DNA of 64,000 nucleotides, taken from assembly GCA_003344405.1 (NCBI GenBank), contig NOWV01000022.1, positions 558,001 through 622,000 on the forward strand. The letters run 5' to 3'. Below, in pieces: positions 61,460-64,000 of the stretch; the first letter of the stretch is position 1, and every line of letters begins with the position of its first letter. Source of the stretch: Trichoplax sp. H2 (lineage: Eukaryota). Made by a program: the position numbers and the translations under genes. Below the pieces are notes generated by a model. It was not told the DNA's origin. It ran no database searches and saw nothing but the letters and a program-made list of their open reading frames with translations.

Positions 61460-62247
61460 TAGTATACTTACTGCTCGCCGAATGAACAGCAGATTGATTT
61501 GAAATGGGCAAATCCCAGCAATTTGGATGTTATATAGTACCTAAAGTACCGTAAATATCACCTCCTCTTTTTTTGAATTTGAAAATTCTGGTGGTGCGCT
61601 TTGATTGGCTGATTGCGAGGAAAAGGTTACGATACGGTACGGCACGATCCGTGACAGTACACTGTACAATGTACAGTATGCACTGTCGTGGACAGATGGA
61701 CTACAGTACTAAAAGACTGGACTGGATATGCCTTTAGATGGACAGACGTTTGGCCAACTTTGGTCAACAAATTGTGTCAAGCACTTCGTTATGACAGTAC
61801 TAAATTTAGTATATAGACNNNNNNNNNNNNNNNNNNNNTAGTATACTTACTGCTCGCCGAATGAACAGCAGATTGATTTGAAATGGGCAAATCCCAGCAA
61901 TTTGGATGTTATATAGTACCTAAAGTACCGTAAATATCACCTCCTCTTTTTTTGAATTTGAAAATTCTGGTGGTGCGCTTTGATTGGCTGATTGCGAGGA
62001 AAAGGTTACGATACGGTACGGCACGATCCGTGACAGTACAGTACAGTACTGTACTGTACAGTACTGTACACTCAGGCTCTTTACTGTACACTGTACACTG
62101 TACAATATGCACTGTCGTGGACAGATGGACTACAGTACTAAAAGACTGGACTGGATATGCCTTTAGATGGACAGACGTTTGGCCAACTTTGGTCAACAAA
62201 TTGTGTCAAACATTTCGTTATGACAGTACTAAATTTAGTATATAGAC
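61460..62247 (+). repeat. Direct duplication (359 bp and 409 bp copies) flanking a 20-N assembly gap
   Basis: 61460-61818 and 61839-62247 are near identical. Ns occupy 61819-61838. The copies differ by a 50 bp indel in a (GTACA/ACTGT)n tract and a few substitutions. Confidence 0.95.
61495..61615 (-). promoter_or_regulatory. Candidate CIT promoter with CCAAT box and CHR-like TTTGAA motifs
   Basis: ATTGG at 61604-61608 (CAGCCAATCA on the CIT strand), TTTGAATTTGAA at 61572-61583 and TTTGAA at 61498-61503, about 240-350 bp upstream of the ATG. Confidence 0.4.
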
Positions 62248-64000
62248 AGTCGATTCTAAATTGATTGATTTTGTGAATGAAGTAATATTACATTATATTT
62301 CATAGCCTGTTAGTAAGCTCTGCTTGGAAGCAGTAACTTTAGACAATAAACGTTATTCAAATTAATCAGAGTGATTTAGAAAACAGACTGGGAAAATCCA
62401 TACTGAGTAACTATTTTTCGCCATTGGGGGGCCTCATCTGCTAGGGAAGGTCCGTCCGTCCGAGGAGAGTGTCTACTGTCCGATCCAGTCTGGTCTGGTG
62501 TACAATTGGACTATAGTCAGTCTGTTAAATTCATCGAGGTAAGAAGAATTTCTATGGTTGAGTTTGACTAGGAGACAGACGATGAGAGCAGTATTTTAAA
62601 CTAAGGAAAAGGAAGAATGATCTCTTCTTCGAAGTATTGTCGCTAGAATTGTAACCATAACCGTACACCATATTGTGCAAAACCAAAAGGCAACCTGGCA
62701 GCTGGAGCACTGTCGTGTACAGTGCGTTAGTCTCCAGCATCTTGTAATTATAGTTTACTATATTACAACGATACATTATATTTCAATGCCAATAGGTAGT
62801 AAATAAAATAGAATTACAAGATGCCGGAGACTAGTGCACATACAGTAGCTCCATCCACCTTACATAAACTTGTTAGGACAGTTTCAGCTAAATATTCTAA
62901 GAACTATATGTAAGGGAAGGTGGCGGGGGCTAGTGTACAATGACCGATGGTCATCACGGTTAAGATAAATTAAATTGATCAGCAAAATAGGATAATAGTA
63001 CAGTCCATACGTGGACGTAGAATGCCATGCGCAATTATACATCAATAAATAACTGCATGTCGAGAAGGAATGCATATATCTTTTACTGGTTTTATAGTTA
63101 ATATGTCAATACACCGGCTTTGCCATTTTGACACTTTACAATGTCAACGTTTTCAAGTGCTATTGGTATTAAAATAAAATAAATTCATTCAAAGTGTCGA
63201 TTCCGAAATGTAATGTGTGACACTATCCGTATAAACATATTGGAATTATAAGTTTATAATATCGACTAGAACAACAATCCATACAATATTAACTATGACT
63301 ATGTGCTGAGTATGCTGAGTATAACATTAACTAGTTAATTGATAATGTTATTGTCACGGACTACTTCCTCACAAGTTTACAGTACTAGTCTAACGTAAAG
63401 TACTGACTTTGAGTTGCTTCTACAGATTACTACCCTAATCTGTCCAAAGATCTAGTCAGAATAGAGTACTGCTACTATAACGCTTAAGAACTACCCTTCT
63501 AAAAGGCTCATATGCTATAATACTGAAACACTGTCAGCAACAATACTTTCTGAAATTCTATAATTTAGGCAACGCAGTGCCGTAACAGTCATAGATTTAT
63601 TATCATCAGTCTCATTCGTACTCCGTGGGTGAGGGTTAAGTTAGTACTGTATTAAAGAAACCATAAATATAATGATTAATCGAATAATGTGCTCGCTATT
63701 ATATGTTGACAGGTTCTACTTTTAATTACGCATAAAAAATTGGCTTGATGAAAAATGAAATTGAAAATGATTTCTTTCAAAATTTTAATATACAGTACAC
63801 CAGATGTATTCGCAAACGTTAAAAATAAATTGCTCACCACCAAGTTACCTAAATTACTATATTAGAAGCTGACAATACAGCTTATAGCTGTTATCATCTC
63901 AATCACGCAAAATAGGAATCAGTCAAAGAGGGTAGATAAACAGCTAGTCATCGCCGTCGTAGCACCAGGTTAAAAGATCGCCATCAGTACTCGTCCGTCA

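Noticed and set aside
61909..62245. Overlapping ORFs rich in TVQY/CTV
   Set aside because: They are translations of the (GTACA)n tract, and the other copy of the segment has a frame-breaking 50 bp indel.

Overview
AT-rich eukaryotic DNA with short GT-AG introns. The gene set (citron kinase, TMCO6, Frizzled-type CRD proteins) is animal, and the compact architecture resembles a placozoan such as Trichoplax; that taxon call is inference only. The ORF track mostly shows exon fragments, so I rebuilt gene models by hand from splice sites and reading phase. In order: (1) the 3' end of an unidentified, possibly cupin/JmjC-like gene; (2) two tandem 8-exon 4-coumarate-CoA-ligase/firefly-luciferase-like acyl-CoA synthetases, both ending in peroxisomal PTS1 signals (SKL, CKL); (3) two paralogous 3-exon genes for secreted, probably GPI-anchored proteins built of two tandem degenerate Frizzled-type cysteine-rich domains, flanking an inverted TMCO6-like ARM-repeat gene, with a possible decayed third copy upstream; (4) GCN1 (about 60 exons, one GC-AG intron, possible uORF); (5) citron Rho-interacting kinase with a single 3.9 kb internal exon and a C-terminal PDZ ligand; (6) a 20-N assembly gap flanked by a duplicated promoter segment. 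The best candidate for an undescribed system is the GPI-anchored double-CRD family. I saw no CRISPR array, rRNA, tRNA or autonomous transposon.
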